A stretch of DNA of 57,697 nt, filler included, from Jimgerdemannia flammicorona (lineage: Eukaryota): the NCBI GenBank assembly GCA_003990765.1. It is 3 parts of 3 records of this genome, joined end to end, with 100 filler letters (N's around TTAATTAATTAA, not from the genome) between each part and the next. Parts side by side here need not be neighbours in the genome. Positions count along the whole stretch, not along the records: positions 1 to 19,167 come from RBNJ01002008.1; positions 19,268 to 38,433 come from RBNJ01002009.1; 1 more part is not named here. One strand, 5' to 3'. A program made the position numbers and the translations under genes. Positions 11,107-24,922 of the stretch are shown in pieces; the stretch's first letter is position 1; each line of letters begins with the position of its first letter. A model generated the notes under the pieces. The model ran no database searches. It was not told the DNA's origin and saw only the letters and a program-made list of their open reading frames with translations.

Positions 11107-13459
11107 GATGTGATTTTTGTTGAGACCGTTTCCGGTATGTGTTGTTAAGTGAGTGAGTGTATGTGAGCACGGTCTTGAGAGGTAGTCGTAGCGAAAGAAA
11201 TAAGAAAGCAGATATAGGTTTTTTTGTTGGGAAACGATGCGGCTTGATATAAGGACAGCACAGCGGGATCAAAATTGTAATTGACCAATCTGAATTTGAC
11301 CATTTTGGGTTCTTGTCCGACATTGGTCACGGCTCGATCTGACCGAGTTCGCCCCGCGGGGATATTTTTAGCTTTGTCGGAGTAGTATGATACATACACT
11401 CAGCGTCTTTCGACGTGGCACACTTACTATTGATACTATGGTTACCCTCTACCAACGTTTGCCAATGTTACAGCTACAGATATCGATCCATTTCATAAAC
11501 CCAATAAATTATCTGGTAAAGAATATTTTCCCTAGACATAAGTCATTGAGTGGTATCTCCATCAGAAGGCGACGATCTAGTGATGTGCAGGTCGTCAAGT
11601 GTCGATGAAGCCACATGGGAACAGCACAGCTGAAGCACGTTTTCGATTACAAAAGGGTAAGGGACTGACTTTTCAACTCCTGACTGTCCTTCAAATCTAG
11701 TTCGGGTACATGATACCTATACGATGTTTGGCTCTGCCTGTCCCCAGATAGATAATTAGTGTTGATTTGCTCGACTAAATATATCCAGCTTTTCCGCATC
11801 AACCATTAACCGTGATGGTGCGTGAACCACGTCCCCATACGGCAACATTTCACGCATATGCACGGACCCGCAACGCTCACAGTTAGGCGTCCTATGAAAT
11901 CAGCGTTTGGTATTTGGGACCGGAAAAATTTTTAAACGGATCCTGCTGACGTGATGACCAAAATTTCATATCAGGCTAACCAGGTTTCATGTGCAAAGAT
12001 TAGTTTGCTCATATAGGACACTGGTACCGGCCCCATTATCATTAATATAATTCTGTGGGTCATACGCACAAGACCCCGCGCTCGGTATCTGATACTTTGT
12101 ACCTTTCTGGCAGCACAATTTGACAAATGCAGCGATATAAATGATTTTGATGGTTCTTCAACAAACCATCTCCATTATGTCATAAATAATGTCCTCCGTT
12201 TCGCTCTAGATACTATTAGTGCGGATTTGCAATTTTGGCAGATCGTAAATGTGTAGTGAACAAAACGTCCGCGATGCAATACCTAGGCCCGTTACGAATT
12301 TAGGACGTCTCAAATTTCAACTGCCCCCGTTTGCCATGTGGTAGGTTCGGTAGTTGCCACAGGTAACACCTATTCCAGGCTTTTTCCCAAACGAGCTCTG
12401 GTCCGAAGGTCCCCGGTTTTGAAACTCAGATCGACCAGGTGCCCGGTGCGCCATAATAACTCATCGGCAAACTCGATTTGGACTCCGCGAGCTATGCTAG
12501 TTTTTCGGGAAATCCCCGCTCCAACAAGACGTCGGCAAAAACCAAATCCACGACAGTCCTGTAGATGACGCTGCAACGCACTCCAACCACACCACTCACT
12601 GGCCGCTACGTCCCCGCCGATTTATTTTTGCCGGAGCAGACACCTACACGTGTGGGCCGCCCACAACTGGTCGCTCTCTCGACAACGTGATGTCGAACAC
12701 GACTGCGTTGACGAATTTTATTATGCAAGCACACGCATGGGTTGCATCTCCTTTACCATTGGTCTACCTTCTCGGCATCAAGCGCTATCCGCATTATATT
12801 TGACCAAAATTTTTCACCGTCAGGGAACGTGTCCAAGTTCGCTCGGCGCGATTGATATGTATAGTTACTACGATAACCTATACGGCTGGAAGCACGAACG
12901 AGAGGAATGCAGACAAAAATTCTGATTGGATTCTCTGAACACCGGTAGCACATGCACAGTACACAGTGATGCATACAAATAAAACCTGCGTGAGAAAAGC
13001 AGGCTGTATAGTTAAGCTTTATAGTAACAAGACGTTCGGAACAATCGGGAGTAAGGCCGTTTATTACCAACACAAAGCGGCGCCCTGGGGATCCTCCACA
13101 GCCTCCGCCGAATCCGCCGAGTTCCTTGTAGAAGGTCGCGAAGGGAAAAAACGAAGGGAATTCAAATGTTATAGAGAGCAAGGTTATCCGATGCAAAGAA
13201 TTCGCTCGTCGAATCCCCAATTAATTTTGGTAGAATCTGTCACCGCTTCAGTCTAAGTGGATCTGTTGAGACTAAATTATAGCAAGTGAGCTGTGCGTTC
13301 GCTCAAGTCTGGGTGGCGTTGAAAGCGACAGTTCTACGTTGGAAAATTGGACAAGGTGCAAATTTCAAACATCTTGCCTTCAATAAATATAATATATATT
13401 ATATTATCAACATTGTCAATACCATCTCCAGAATCGACAACGCTCGTCCATATATTAAA

Positions 13460-14000
13460 ATACTGCTCTTTCTTATGGACACCGGCCAGATTGTCCATCG
13501 TTATTATAGCTGTCTCCGGGTACTGGGTCCCAACACCCTCCCTTGAATTGACAGCGCTCGTTGGTACAGCTGCTTCGCCATGTCGCACTTGCCCTGGCTT
13601 TCATAGAGAAAGGCCAGATTGTTCAGCGTCGTTGCTATACTCGGGTTTTCTGGCCCTAACGCCTTCTCCGTGATTGCCAGTGACCGTCGGTACAGCCACT
13701 CCGCCTCGCCGTACTTGCCCTACCCTAACATAGTCAATGCTGTTTCCGGGTGCTCGGGCCCCAACATCTTCTACTGAATTGGCGCTCGTTGGTACATCTG
13801 CTCCGCCTCGTTGTACTTGCCCTAAGACAAGCCAAATTGTTCGGAGTTGTTGCTATCTCGGTTCTCCGGTCTCAACACCTTGCCTACATCCGTTGGTACA
13901 ACCGCTTCGCCTCGCCGTACTTTCCCTGCCTTCTGCCAGATTTCCTATAGTTGCTGCTGTTTGCGGGTGCTCGGGTCCAAACGTTTTTCCCGAATTTGAA
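13460..14000 (-). pseudogene. Kinesin-light-chain-type 42-aa TPR repeat array (NLR sensor-like), disrupted
   Basis: *GKYGEAEWLYRRSLAITEKALGPENPSIATTLNNLAFLYESQGKCDMAKQLYQRALSIQGRVLGP at about 13700-13525. Further QGKY..EA..LYQR repeats in other frames. Confidence 0.8.
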
Positions 14001-14088
14001 TATGACTAGGGTCTGCAAAAGAAAGGGCAGTATTATTCTGTAAAGTCGAGCGCCGCCGATTCTAATATTATAGATATACAATATCTAT

Positions 14089-14821
14089 TGTAACTGCCGG
14101 CTCAATGGAAGCAAATTACAAGGTGGGGCAGTTGTGCAAGTTGGCTTGAGCCCCCAGTTACTTTGTCAAAAAGTAACAAAATGTTCAATAGTTCATCTTT
14201 GATGGGTCTTAGAATTATCACAAATAGACAGAGTTCTATCCTTAGAACTTGGTGGCAATCTTCAGACTTAATCTGCTAAGTGGACCAAATGTAGAATGAC
14301 TCAAAATGGACTTGACTTGCTTTTAGCAAGAGGACTGAAGTGAAATCAGGAAGTAGCTCACAATCTCTTTAACAGTGACTTTAGAGCAGACATTTCTTCT
14401 AAGTATTACAATTCTTTTCATAAATTGAGTGACTTTTGACAGATATATCTCTTGAAGTATAATAAGCAGACTTGTTTTTTACTTTTAACTTGAATTTTAG
14501 AATAAGGTTTTTTCACTCAAATCTCTGGGATATTTTATACAAGTGTAGTTGCTATCTGGTTGCTATTTGAATAATTATAGAATATATAATAAGACTAATT
14601 TAGAAAAAGTTTGAATACTTATTTTCTTAGAGAATGAGTATTTCTTTAAAGAATAGATGTTTTCTCAGGAGATGAGTGTTCTGTCAGAGAACAGTGAGGC
14701 CTGATTTGGTATATTTAGTTATTTATACAAATTGGTAGTATATGTAGATAACTATATAGAGTAACTATGCTAAGTATTATTTATATATTATCTAGCTATA
14801 CCATAGTATTTGCTCATCACA
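14089..14821 (-). repeat. 3' LTR of the D-like element (about 730 bp)
   Basis: TG...CA termini. Both ends match the LTR D ends. PPT-side sequence tttagtgagagctga|tgtgatga matches 50422-50444. Confidence 0.82.
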
Positions 14822-15401
14822 TCAGCTCTCACTAAAGGATAGTTTGTCTCAAACTATCTTTTAGTCATTATTCCAAAATCTATAGATATCTTCTATATCT
14901 ACATATATACTATTATCTTCTTTTATATCAGAGTCACTCTATTTTAAAGGGTTTTTTTTTCTTTTTCAGAAAATAGAACTTCAACATAATTAATGATACT
15001 TTGGTTGATAGTTAGGTTTATTCTTTATATATTATTTAGAGATAATTGAGCCTATATCAGTACTATGATATTTTATTTATAAATTATATATATAGAGTCT
15101 GTCTGTAACAGTAGTATATTTTCATAAAAAGTTGATAACATTCTAGATATAGATCTGTTCTGGGGCCAGGAGGTTTTATAACTATTTATTAATTATATAA
15201 TAAGCCTATAGTTAGTAAATCTGCAGTAATCATTATACTAAGTAAGGTTTTTCTAGTATATTTAGATCTGTTATATGTAGGTAACTTCTATCAATTTTAT
15301 AAAACTGAGATAGTAGAATAAGTAAAGCTTAAAAAAAAGCTAAAGATAAGAATCTGAAGATATTAGTCAATTTTTTAAATCATTATATAGATAGTAGATA
15401 T

Positions 15402-15735
15402 TAGTGCTCTCAAATAAATTAAATCAATTTGAATTGAATCAAATTGAGATTCAATTTAATTTAAAATTAAGAGTAAAACTTTGAAATATATATAATAGTC
15501 AAACTAAAATATATCCAAATTTAATGATCTTTATTATATTAGATTCTTCTAGATAAGGTATATAAAATAAGCTAAATTTTTCAAATTTGATCATATTTTT
15601 ACCAAGTTATTGAATTTCAAAAATTAAGATTTGAATTGAAACTTAAATCAAATTAGACCTCAATTTGATTTAAATATTTTAAATTAAATTAAATTGGAGT
15701 CAAATTCAATTCAATTCAATTTGTTCTGAGTACTA
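15402..15735. mobile_element. hAT MITE (334 bp, mutated)
   Basis: TIRs TAGTGCTC...GAGTACTA. Perfect 8-bp TSD GTAGATAT. AATTG/AATTC-type subterminal repeats. Confidence 0.85.
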
Positions 15736-18700
15736 GTAGATATATCTTAAGATATGTAATTGATATATATATACTAAGGTTCTCAAGATATATCTATTTA
15801 TACTTCTTATATAGATATTCATTTTTTTAATATTATATATATACATATAAGATAAGGTCCTTCTTATTTAGATTCCAACTTAGTGACAAAATTGATTTCA
15901 ATTATACTTCTCTAAATGAGAATCTGATCTTCAAGCTTAATTTTCTAATTTTTCTACTTTTTCTTCTACTTTTCTTAGACCTTGATTATCTGAGCTTAGA
16001 TTTGATTTTATAATTATTTTGTCTTATTAAGAAGCTCTTTAAGGTTCTTATGATCAGCAGTTCTGGTCTTCTTAATAAATATTATCTCAAATAGTCTTTA
16101 TTTAGTAGAGATAATAGAGATATTCTAAATTTTCCCTAAGATCTCAGATAAGTAGAAATCTCAGTTAATAAGATTAACTCAGATAAGTTCTTTCTTAATG
16201 GTTTTATTCATCCATTCTGCCATATTATTAATTTGTAAATAATATGATATAGTTCTTTTTAGATGATCTTGTAAATTTATATATAAGTTATAACCAACTT
16301 ATTGATAAATTCTATTCTATAGTCTGAGATAAGTTCTTCTAGAGATTTATATCTGAGAGTGAGATTATGAAGAAGGTTTATAATAGTTGAGACATCAGAA
16401 ATTTCTATTGAAAAAGCCTCAGACCATTTAGTCAAATATTTTATAAATACTAAAAGATATTTATTTCTTCTTAATATATATATATAACTGACAGGAGTTT
16501 AATAATATTTACTTTCTATCTTTAAAAGTATAAATAAGTAGTATAATCAGTTGTAGTAGTGCTTGGTAGTTCTTCTTTTCTAAATACTTCTGATAGATAT
16601 TATATCTTCTAAGGATATTTCTGACTTAAGTTCTAAGATAAAACTAATATTAATATAGTTTCTATAACTTATCTTCTATACTTATCTATTCTTGATAGAC
16701 TTTCTGATATTTTTATCAAATGAGGTCTTCTTACTTCTCAGTAGTTATAGAACTTTCTTTAAAATATAGTTCTGAAATATATCCTTCTTTTGATTTATTA
16801 AATTATATAGAAATATATATTAATATTATTATAAGTCTTCTCTACTTTATAGATAATAGTGATTTTATAATCTTACATAATCAGGATCTAGTAGGTAAGA
16901 ATTTCAGTAGAGTTCTTATAGTGGAATAACTATTTGAGAGTAGTTTATCAGTTATTAGAGAAAATTTTTTTTTAATAAGATAATACTTGAATAAGATAAC
17001 TACTTATATAACTATAAGATATTCTAATTTAGTACTATTATAATTAACTTACTACTTATTAGTAGCTTGACTTATATAGACTATTATATAGTATTACTAA
17101 TTAAGTCTTTCTTAGGCTAAAACTGCTCTAATATTATCTTTGAAGATATATATATATGTATAAGATAAATGGCTTTTGTAGGTTAAGTTATATAAAAACT
17201 GATACTATAGTTATATAATACTTAAGTTTCTTAAAGATTGGCTTTTGTAGTTTCTTTTATTTATATAATTTTTTTTTTTTTAAGTAGAGTTTGGATTGAA
17301 GCAGAGGTTTTGATAAAGTTTCTGATAAATTTTCAATAATAAAACACTAGTATTAAAAATAATAGTACTTTATTTAAAGTTTTAAGTATAGGTTAGTTAT
17401 TAATCTTTTCTATTTTCTTTGAGTATATATGAGTTTTTTTTTTAGATATTACAAATCTAAAGAATTTAAGTTTCTATTTTCCAAAGTAGCATTTCTTAAT
17501 ATTGAGCCTCAGGTAATTCTTTCTAGTAAGTTGAAAAAATTCTTTTAAATATTATAAGTATTTCTTATAATTTACTAAATATATATTGGAATTATCTATA
17601 TAAACAATTAGATAGTAGTAGATCAGTAGAGTATAAACTAAGTTTATCATTCTTTAGAAGATTAGAGATATATTACAGAGTTTAAAAAGTATTTAAAGAT
17701 ACTTAAACAGTTTTTTCAAAGTAAGAAAAGCTATTTTCTAAATATCTTTTAGATCTATAGATATCTCATAGAATTATGTAAAAAGATCTATATTGCTGAA
17801 GTATCTTATATCTTATAATTAGTCTAAAAGGTCATTAATTCAGAACAGAGAATAGGTATTCTTCTTGGTTACTGAGTTGAATTTCCTATTATCTATATAG
17901 AGTCTCTATTCTCCTTTCTTAGATATAATAAGTATAAAGCTAACCAAGAGCTAGTTAGTATATAGTTAGATATGTAACTCTATTGTCTAAGAGTTTCTAA
18001 ATATATTCTTCTCAAATATTTTTAAGTAGTAGGATATTTTATATAACTTCTGTTAGATAAGTATTATATTTTCTATATTTATACTATAGTGATATATATA
18101 ACAGATTATATAGTAGGTTACCATAGTCTATAGTAAAGATATCCTAATATTTATAAAGAAGTTTTACTAATTAATATTACTGTTATAGTATTAGTTCTTC
18201 TCTAATATTGGTAGAAGATTTTACTTTCTCCTAAGTCACAGAGAGATCTTTTCTTTCTTCTGTAATATTCTGCTATTTTCTGATAGATTTAACTCATAGA
18301 CTTCTCTATATATTTAAATGAGATAGAGTACTAAATATTCTATAATAGTTCTTTTTGATAAGATAATATTATCTTAACTTTAGTTGATAGCTCAGAAATA
18401 TACTAAATTTATCTTATTAGAGAATATATACTCTGTTCAGCAGATCTTCATTTGGTTCAAAGAAAAGATTTCTAGGTTCTAGTAGTATATTGATTTTGAA
18501 GATATATAGTCTGTTTTTCTGATTTCAAGATGAGGTTCTTATAGAGTTTGATTAGTTAGCAATATATTTACTGAGGTATATTATTTTTAAAGTAGTTAAT
18601 CTGAAGAAGGTATACTTCTCTCTTGTCTGAACTTTCAAATCCTTTAGTCTATCTTTTATCTTAGATCAGTTCAAAGACTTCTTATAATAAGAGTGTTTTA

Positions 18701-18897
18701 AATTCTAAAAAGACTGCTTAAGTGATTTTTTCTCCTTTATAAATTTAGATCTATTTAGAGTTACCTTTTTTTCTGAATAATCTTGATTTCTTCAGTATAT
18801 CTAGAGTCTATAGTTCCTCTTTCTATAGTTATCTCTTAATTTATAAGTTCAGGTCTTAAGATCAGCTAGATGAATATTTCTTCTAGTAATTATATAG

Positions 18898-19167
18898 TGT
18901 AATGTAGCGGACGCTTACTCTTGAAAGTACGTCGGATTTCTGTATCTTGAAAACTTGACTGTTCTGACTCTCGCAGAGTCTTCTTGAAGTTGCAGGGGAG
19001 GGTGGGTGAGTTCGAAGTGTATCTGCCCACAGGCTTACTAGTTCTTTTGCTATCTCTTTGCTTTTGAACTATTTCGATCTGAGGTTTATTCACTCGAAGA
19101 TACTGGGTTATTTATACAAGTTTGCTAGCTATGAGAGGGTGGCTAAGTAATAAATGAGTCATTTGGA
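18898..19167 (-). repeat. Terminal part of a younger LTR (CpG-retaining), cut by the assembly gap
   Basis: Begins TGTAAT at an abrupt compositional boundary. TATAAATAACCC on the minus strand at about 19105-19116, as in the other LTRs. Confidence 0.55.
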
Positions 19168-19267
19168 NNNNNNNNNNNNNNNNNNNNNNNNNNNNNNNNN
19201 NNNNNNNNNNNTTAATTAATTAANNNNNNNNNNNNNNNNNNNNNNNNNNNNNNNNNNNNNNNNNNNN
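19168..19267. other. Assembly gap with TTAATTAATTAA linker
   Basis: N-run flanking a six-frame-stop spacer; identical structure at 38434-38533. Confidence 0.97.
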
Positions 19268-19274
19268 AAAAAAA

Positions 19275-19395
19275 GAGGTTCGAATTCCCAGCTGCGACAT
19301 TGAGAGCCCTTGCCCTAGACAAGAATGGCCAGTCCTCGCAAATGCGCCAGCAGATTAAAAAAAAAGAGAACTAAGATCTGTTATCCTTGTACAAC
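19275..19395 (+). repeat. Short dispersed repeat with Pol III B-box-like motif and A-tail (SINE or LINE 3' end candidate), copy 1
   Basis: GAGGTTCGAATTCCC...GCCCTTGCCCTAGACAAGAATGGCCAGTCCTCGCAAATGCGCC...A9. Homologs at 33852-33973 and 34840-34932. Confidence 0.6.
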
Positions 19396-19399
19396 CACT

Positions 19400-20232
19400 G
19401 CCACCAAGAACAGTCTTAATCTGCAAGAGATAGAAGTGATGACACCTTGGAAACGATGATATCAGAAGTCAGAAAACTGCACAGACTTTGTCAGCGATGA
19501 TGTCATCAATAGTGATATCATCAAAGACTAACCTGACAGCACCTAAACCTATAAATAGCTTAGCAGTCATAGTATAGTTAGATTAGCCTTATATGATGTG
19601 ACTGTGAACTGACTCAGCAGTCAGACGATCTCTTGACATGTCAGATCACTCTTGTACTATATGACTGCATTCCGACTCAGCAAGGCACTTAGTGCTATAT
19701 CCATATTTAGCATAGTTCAGATAGCCCCTCACTAGTATAAATACCCCCTCCCCCAGACCTCAGAATCTCAGACTTGAACACTCGAACAATCTGAACACAA
19801 CTCCTGAGCACTTCTCCACAATATTCCTTCACACTACTACTTCTAGTATAGCAATATCATGAATAGCGAATAAACCTATTTAATAACCCATAAACCACTC
19901 TTAAGTAAATCCACTCCCCGTTAGGTCCCACTCCTAACTCTGTCATGAAATTTCCTAATTGGGTATTGTCTGCAGCGATTCGCCAATTCAACTAAGCTGG
20001 TCTTAGTTTCTTGAACTTCCTGAAATATGGAAAATCCTGAACATCCAGAACTAGTCCAGAAAAGGACTTTGGTTGAGACGTCAATCCGATCTTGAAATCA
20101 ATAAGCATAGAGGACGTACTCCATATGAAATTGATCTTGACCTTGAGGAAATGGTCTTCCAGAATATCCAGAACTTCCAGAAAATCCTTCCAGAACTACG
20201 TAATGGTTACCCTAAAAAGCAACCCTCTTACA
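19400..20232 (+). repeat. Partial LTR, family C copy 2
   Basis: Reverse complement of about 3374-4085. TATAAATACCCC at 19736. Ends AACCCTCTTACA at 20232, abutting LINE sequence. Confidence 0.85.
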
Positions 20233-23200
20233 GAGTGGGCCCAGGGATGCAAGAGGCAGAGGGAGCTGTTGGTGAGTATGACAGGAGGGGTGACGAAGAA
20301 GGCAGTTGGAGCTGAGGAGTCTGGAGGTATCAAGGCCAGTGTCTGGGCTGGCAAAGGAGGAGAGGAGATAGAGGCGAGTGAGGCAGGGGCTGGGAAGATC
20401 CTGAACAAGGACCCATTTGCTGATGGTACCTTTGAAGTTTGGGAGCTGGAGATGGATGCCACTCCCCCCCCTCTTATCAGGAGGGGCCCGGCTAGGAAGA
20501 GAGGAATGACAGAGGATATACTGATGCAGGGAACCCAGCGAGTGCACTTTGGGGTCTCTGATATGACAAAAGGGGGGCCAGGTGGTGGTGGTTGATGAGG
20601 ATGAGTTGGTGGATGTCTCTGAGGAGGAGTGGGATGAGGCTGTCAGTATAGGTGCTGACACCACGATGTTGGATACAGGGTAGCTGGGAACTCCAGGAGG
20701 GAAGGAGGTGGGGAACTTGTTGTAGATAAGCAAGGTGATGGATAATCTCACAGCAGAGGCATTGGGAGAGGTAGACCTGCAGATAATGTCTGAGGAGCAT
20801 TGGGTGTGGATTCTGTATGGTGACAGAGTAGTGGAAGTACTGAAGGGGGAGATTCTTGTGATCTTCCTAGAGGAGGAGGGATATGAGGTTGATGAGACAA
20901 GGAAGGTAGAGCTGGTGGTGGTCACTGGTGAGCAGGTGGCCTACTGTTGGGCAGAGCATCATGGTTTGCAGCTCTGGCAGGAGGTCTGTCTGGAGTATCA
21001 TGAGGACTTTGAGGAGAGGGAAGATGGGGCTATGGTGGAACTTCTGGGAGAGTTGGAGGCAAGGAAGGCAGGTGAAAGAGAGCTAGCTGCTGAACATGAC
21101 TTGGACTTGGGGCAGAAGGAGCTGAATGTGGACTTGTAGAGAATGGGATCACTACATAACATTTTTTTTTTCTATGAACAGTACAACTAATATTTTCTCT
21201 CTGAATATGAATGGATTGAGAGGAGCAGGGTAGCATAAGAACATTTTTACTTGGCTCAAGGGATTGGAGGCTGATCTCTTTTTACTATAGGATGTACAAT
21301 GTGAGGATGAGGATGATCGGGTGGAATGGACTAGGGAATGGGGGGGGGGCTACTGCTTGGTTTGGAAAAGTGGCGATTCTGGTGAGGAAGGATAGAGGTG
21401 ATTTGGAGGGAATCAGAAGCTGGGGGGATCGATTGGTTTGGAGAGATTGGCATCAGCCAGGATGGGAGTCAGTGAGAGTTGGCTCTTGCTACTGTCTAGC
21501 AGTGAGGGGCAAGAGGATTGCATAGATTAAGGAGCTGCTGGAGGAGGGTATACTCTTGGAGGAAGGGGTCGATGTTCTTGGGGGGGACTTTAATATGGTT
21601 CGGGATCAGCTTCTTGACAGAACTGATAGAGGGAGGAATGCAGGGGGGAGAAGTGGAGGTCTAGATATTTGGGAGGAGGTGGAGAACTTGAGCTCCTTAG
21701 GGGATATGGGCAGAACATGGTGGGGCAATACCAGGGTCTACATACATTGGGTGAATGGCCTGGGCACTAGGATTGACTGGATTTTGATGGCTAAGTGTTG
21801 GGGTTTTGATGTTTGGAAGACATTGGAGGTAGAGTGGTGCCCATGGTCAGATCACTGGGGACTTTTGGGGCAGGGGTAGTTTGGGGGGAGTGGAGATGGA
21901 CCCAGACATTGGTGCCTTAACTCCTCCCTGCTAGCTGAGAAGGGGTTGTGGGACTCTTGGGTGGAGGATATTCAGGCTAAGATCTGTACCTAGAGGTATG
22001 AGGGTTGGTCTGTAGGGGTCTGTTGGATGAGATTGAAAGAGGCTGCAAGGGCCTATTAGAGAGAAGCTGGTAGAGATGTGGGGAGATAGAAGAGAAAGCA
22101 CACAAGGTATGCTTCCAGTAGGCTGAGGAGATTGCAAATAGATTGGGCAGATTTGCTTACTTTGGATGGGGTTGAGGATTGGAGGATAGAGTGGGCAAAA
22201 TTGGAGATAGTGGAACTGCAACAGGTGTTGAGAGAGGAGGAGGAGGCTCATATGAGAGGTATAGCTGCTAGGCTATGGTGGCAGAGACTTGAGGAGGATG
22301 AGCAGCCTACTAGGTACTTATCAAGACTCCTCAAAGCTTGGAGAGTATGACATCAGTGGGATGGAGTCCTAGATGCTGATGGGAATATGGTGCATGGAAC
22401 ACAACAAATCTTAGAGGTTCTGAAGACGAGATGGCAGGGTTTGTGGAGTGAGGAAGAAGGGAGTGCTGATGAGGTGGTGATTGTGGACACACTAGAGGAG
22501 TGGGGGCCACCACAAGTAGATGGACTGGGTAACTTGATCTTACTGGTGCAAGGAGAGGAGATCCAGAGTATCCTTGCAGCAACTAAACTTGGAACAGCAC
22601 CAGGGGAGGATGGATTATCATGGGACTTCTGAAAGAAGATGGTGAAGGTCTCTGAAGTGTTGGGTGAGATGGCTGCTCTCTGTGACCATGTTCTTCAGAG
22701 TGGCGAGTGGGTGGGAGAGCAGGACCTTGGGCTAGTGGCCTTATTGTACAAAGACAAGAGGAGGAGGGAAGACTGGAAGAACTGGCAACTGATCATGCTT
22801 CTGGATATGGATAGGAAGCTGGTGACTAAGGTGATTGTTGTGAGGCTGTAGAAAGTTGCCCAACAGGTGCTAGGGGAGGAGCAGCAGGGCTTTGTTGGAG
22901 GCAGACTTATAAGAGATGGGACTGCATGGGTGCATGGGGTCATTGAAGAGGCCCGGGCTTGTGGACTGGATGGAAGATTGGTCTTTTTGGACCAGGAGAA
23001 GGCCTATGACTGTGTATGGCGAGTTTGGCTGGACAAGGTTTTGGATCATATTGATGTTCCCCCAAGATTTCAGGCTTCTATATTGAACCTGCTGGAGAGC
23101 AATCAGGTGGCGCTGATGTATAATAGTCACTGTGGTCTGGCATTTTCCTTAGGGAGAGGAGTGTCTCAGGGGGACCCCCTGTCCCCTATCCTCTATGCCC

Positions 23201-24888
23201 TTTTATTGGAGCCACTGATGGATAGGATTTGCTGGAAGGTAGCAGGGCTCTCTATATATGGTATAGTGTAGAAGATGGGGGCCTTTGCTGATAACATGGT
23301 GGTTGGACTTGGGTCTGTGACAGATGTCGAGACACTTAGAGAGACAGTGGAATGGTATGAGACTCATTCTGGGGCAAAGCTCAACTGGCATAAGTGTGAG
23401 ACAATGGTGCTTGGGAATAGGCTAGTGGGTGGAGACATCATTGGAACAATTGTCCCTACTGGCGAGGTGGTGCGGTATCTGGGTATCTTCCTTTCTGTAT
23501 ATGGTTCTGTCTTGCTACAAGTGTGGTGAGAGCACAGGGTGACCATCTGGGGGGAGGCTCTTTGAGGTTGGAGAGGCCACCATATTTCTCTGGCAGGGCA
23601 AGTAACAATTCTGAATATATACTAGTTCTCCAAGCTGTAGTACATGGCCTATCACCTAGACTTCCCAGCTTGAGTGGTGAAGAGGCTGATGAAAGTGGCT
23701 AGAGATTGGATTTGGGTAGAGAGGAGGTCCCAGATTGGTTGGGATACTCTTGCAACACTGGTGGTCAGGGGAGGTCTTGGCCTTGTGGATTTCTCTAAGA
23801 GGTTGCACTGCTTGCAAGCCTGGTGGTTGAAGAGGGCTGCTGAACTGCAGGGAGGGGGTTGGGTGCCTCTGTTACAGAAGGTGTGGAAGATGAGAACCTC
23901 CCTCCAAGGGTCCTCAGGTGATCTGCTCTCTCTGGTAGGGTCAAATGGAATTTGGTGGCTGCAGTTTAAGGGCTTTTGGTGGAGAGTGGTAGATGGAGCA
24001 CACCAGATTGACCTGCACTGGTGAGGCAATGAGGGGGAGGTGATGTGAGGACCTAGTATATAGCGATGGGAGAGTCTGCTCCTGGGGGGTACTCTACTTG
24101 CTATGTTTGATATTGAGGATAGAGTAGAGTATCAGCAGGGTCTTGGCCAGAATCTTTGGCCAAGTGGCTGGCAGGCGGCAGGGATCAGCAAGGAGGGGGA
24201 CTGGGCAGGTATCTGGTCTTGGAGTGCAGAGGTGTGGAGGTGGCTTCCTCCCAAGTTCTGAATGGTATGGTGGAGAATGCTGCAGAGAAATATCATGTTG
24301 AATTTCTGCACTAGGCATCTGGTGGATGGTGGCCGTTTCGATTGTGAGGAGTGCTACAATGTTGGGCAAGCTGAGGGATGCTAGAACATTGGTTAGGAGA
24401 GTGTGAGATTTTGGGGGAATTTTGGATAGAAATAGAGAATAGACTGGATGTGGGGTGTAGGCCAGCAGGGGAGGGGGGCTGCTGAGAGGACTTGAGATCT
24501 TAGCTTATGGGTGGGGTGGGTGATAGCTGGCTCACTGTAGGGTAGGTATTAGTAGTGTGGGTGGGACTGGCAGGACATTGGCTTTCTGTATTTGAGGAGG
24601 GGCAGTATTTGGGACTGCAAGAGAAGGTATCAAGGTGGGAGGAGCTGTTGGGAGATCTGCTGATGGGATGGTGGGTGGGTTGGGGTCCTCAGAGGGGGTG
24701 ATGGTGCAGTTTGGTGGTAAGGATCTGTGAGCAGAGTGGTGGGAGAGTGGAGATTGTATTTGACAAAGTGGTCTTTCATTGGGAAGGGGTAGGGGGGGGG
24801 AGCCCCCCTAGGGGGATTGGATAGAGGGTGGGATCACTGTATTTATATGGGATAGATGGGCATAATAAAGGAAGGAAGTCCAAGTGAC

Positions 24889-24920
<32 letters not shown>
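20233..24920 (+). mobile_element. Degenerate non-LTR retrotransposon, L1/Tx1-like (partial ORF1; ORF2 APE-RT; poly-A tail)
   Basis: APE motifs SLNMNGLR, GGDFN, RIDWI, SDHW. RT motifs APGEDG, DQEKAYD, RGVSQGDPLSPILY, AFADNM. AATAAA at about 24864 and poly-A at 24892-24920. Confidence 0.92.

Positions 24921-24922
<2 letters not shown>

Larger units (their letters stand above)
14089..18897 (-). mobile_element. Heavily mutated Gypsy element related to family D (3' LTR, accessory ORF, IN, RT, dUTPase relic)
   Basis: Reverse complement aligns by eye to 46750-51750 with mostly C-to-T/G-to-A changes. dUTPase relic at about 18640-18890; accessory ORF relic at about 14860-15395. Confidence 0.8.

Noticed and set aside
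12338..13256. Several short ORFs in the CpG-rich island
   Set aside because: No recognisable domains or consistent exon structure.
19212..19223. TTAATTAATTAA palindrome within Ns (also 38478-38489)
   Set aside because: Artificial contig/scaffold linker. Adjacency across these gaps is not trusted.
19300..19350. Resemblance to U6/U6atac snRNA (CCCTAGACAAG.ATGG, CGCAAAT) or an HDV-like ribozyme (TCCTCGC)
   Set aside because: The AGC triad and ACAGAGA-box spacing are missing, and I could not build the nested pseudoknot pairing.
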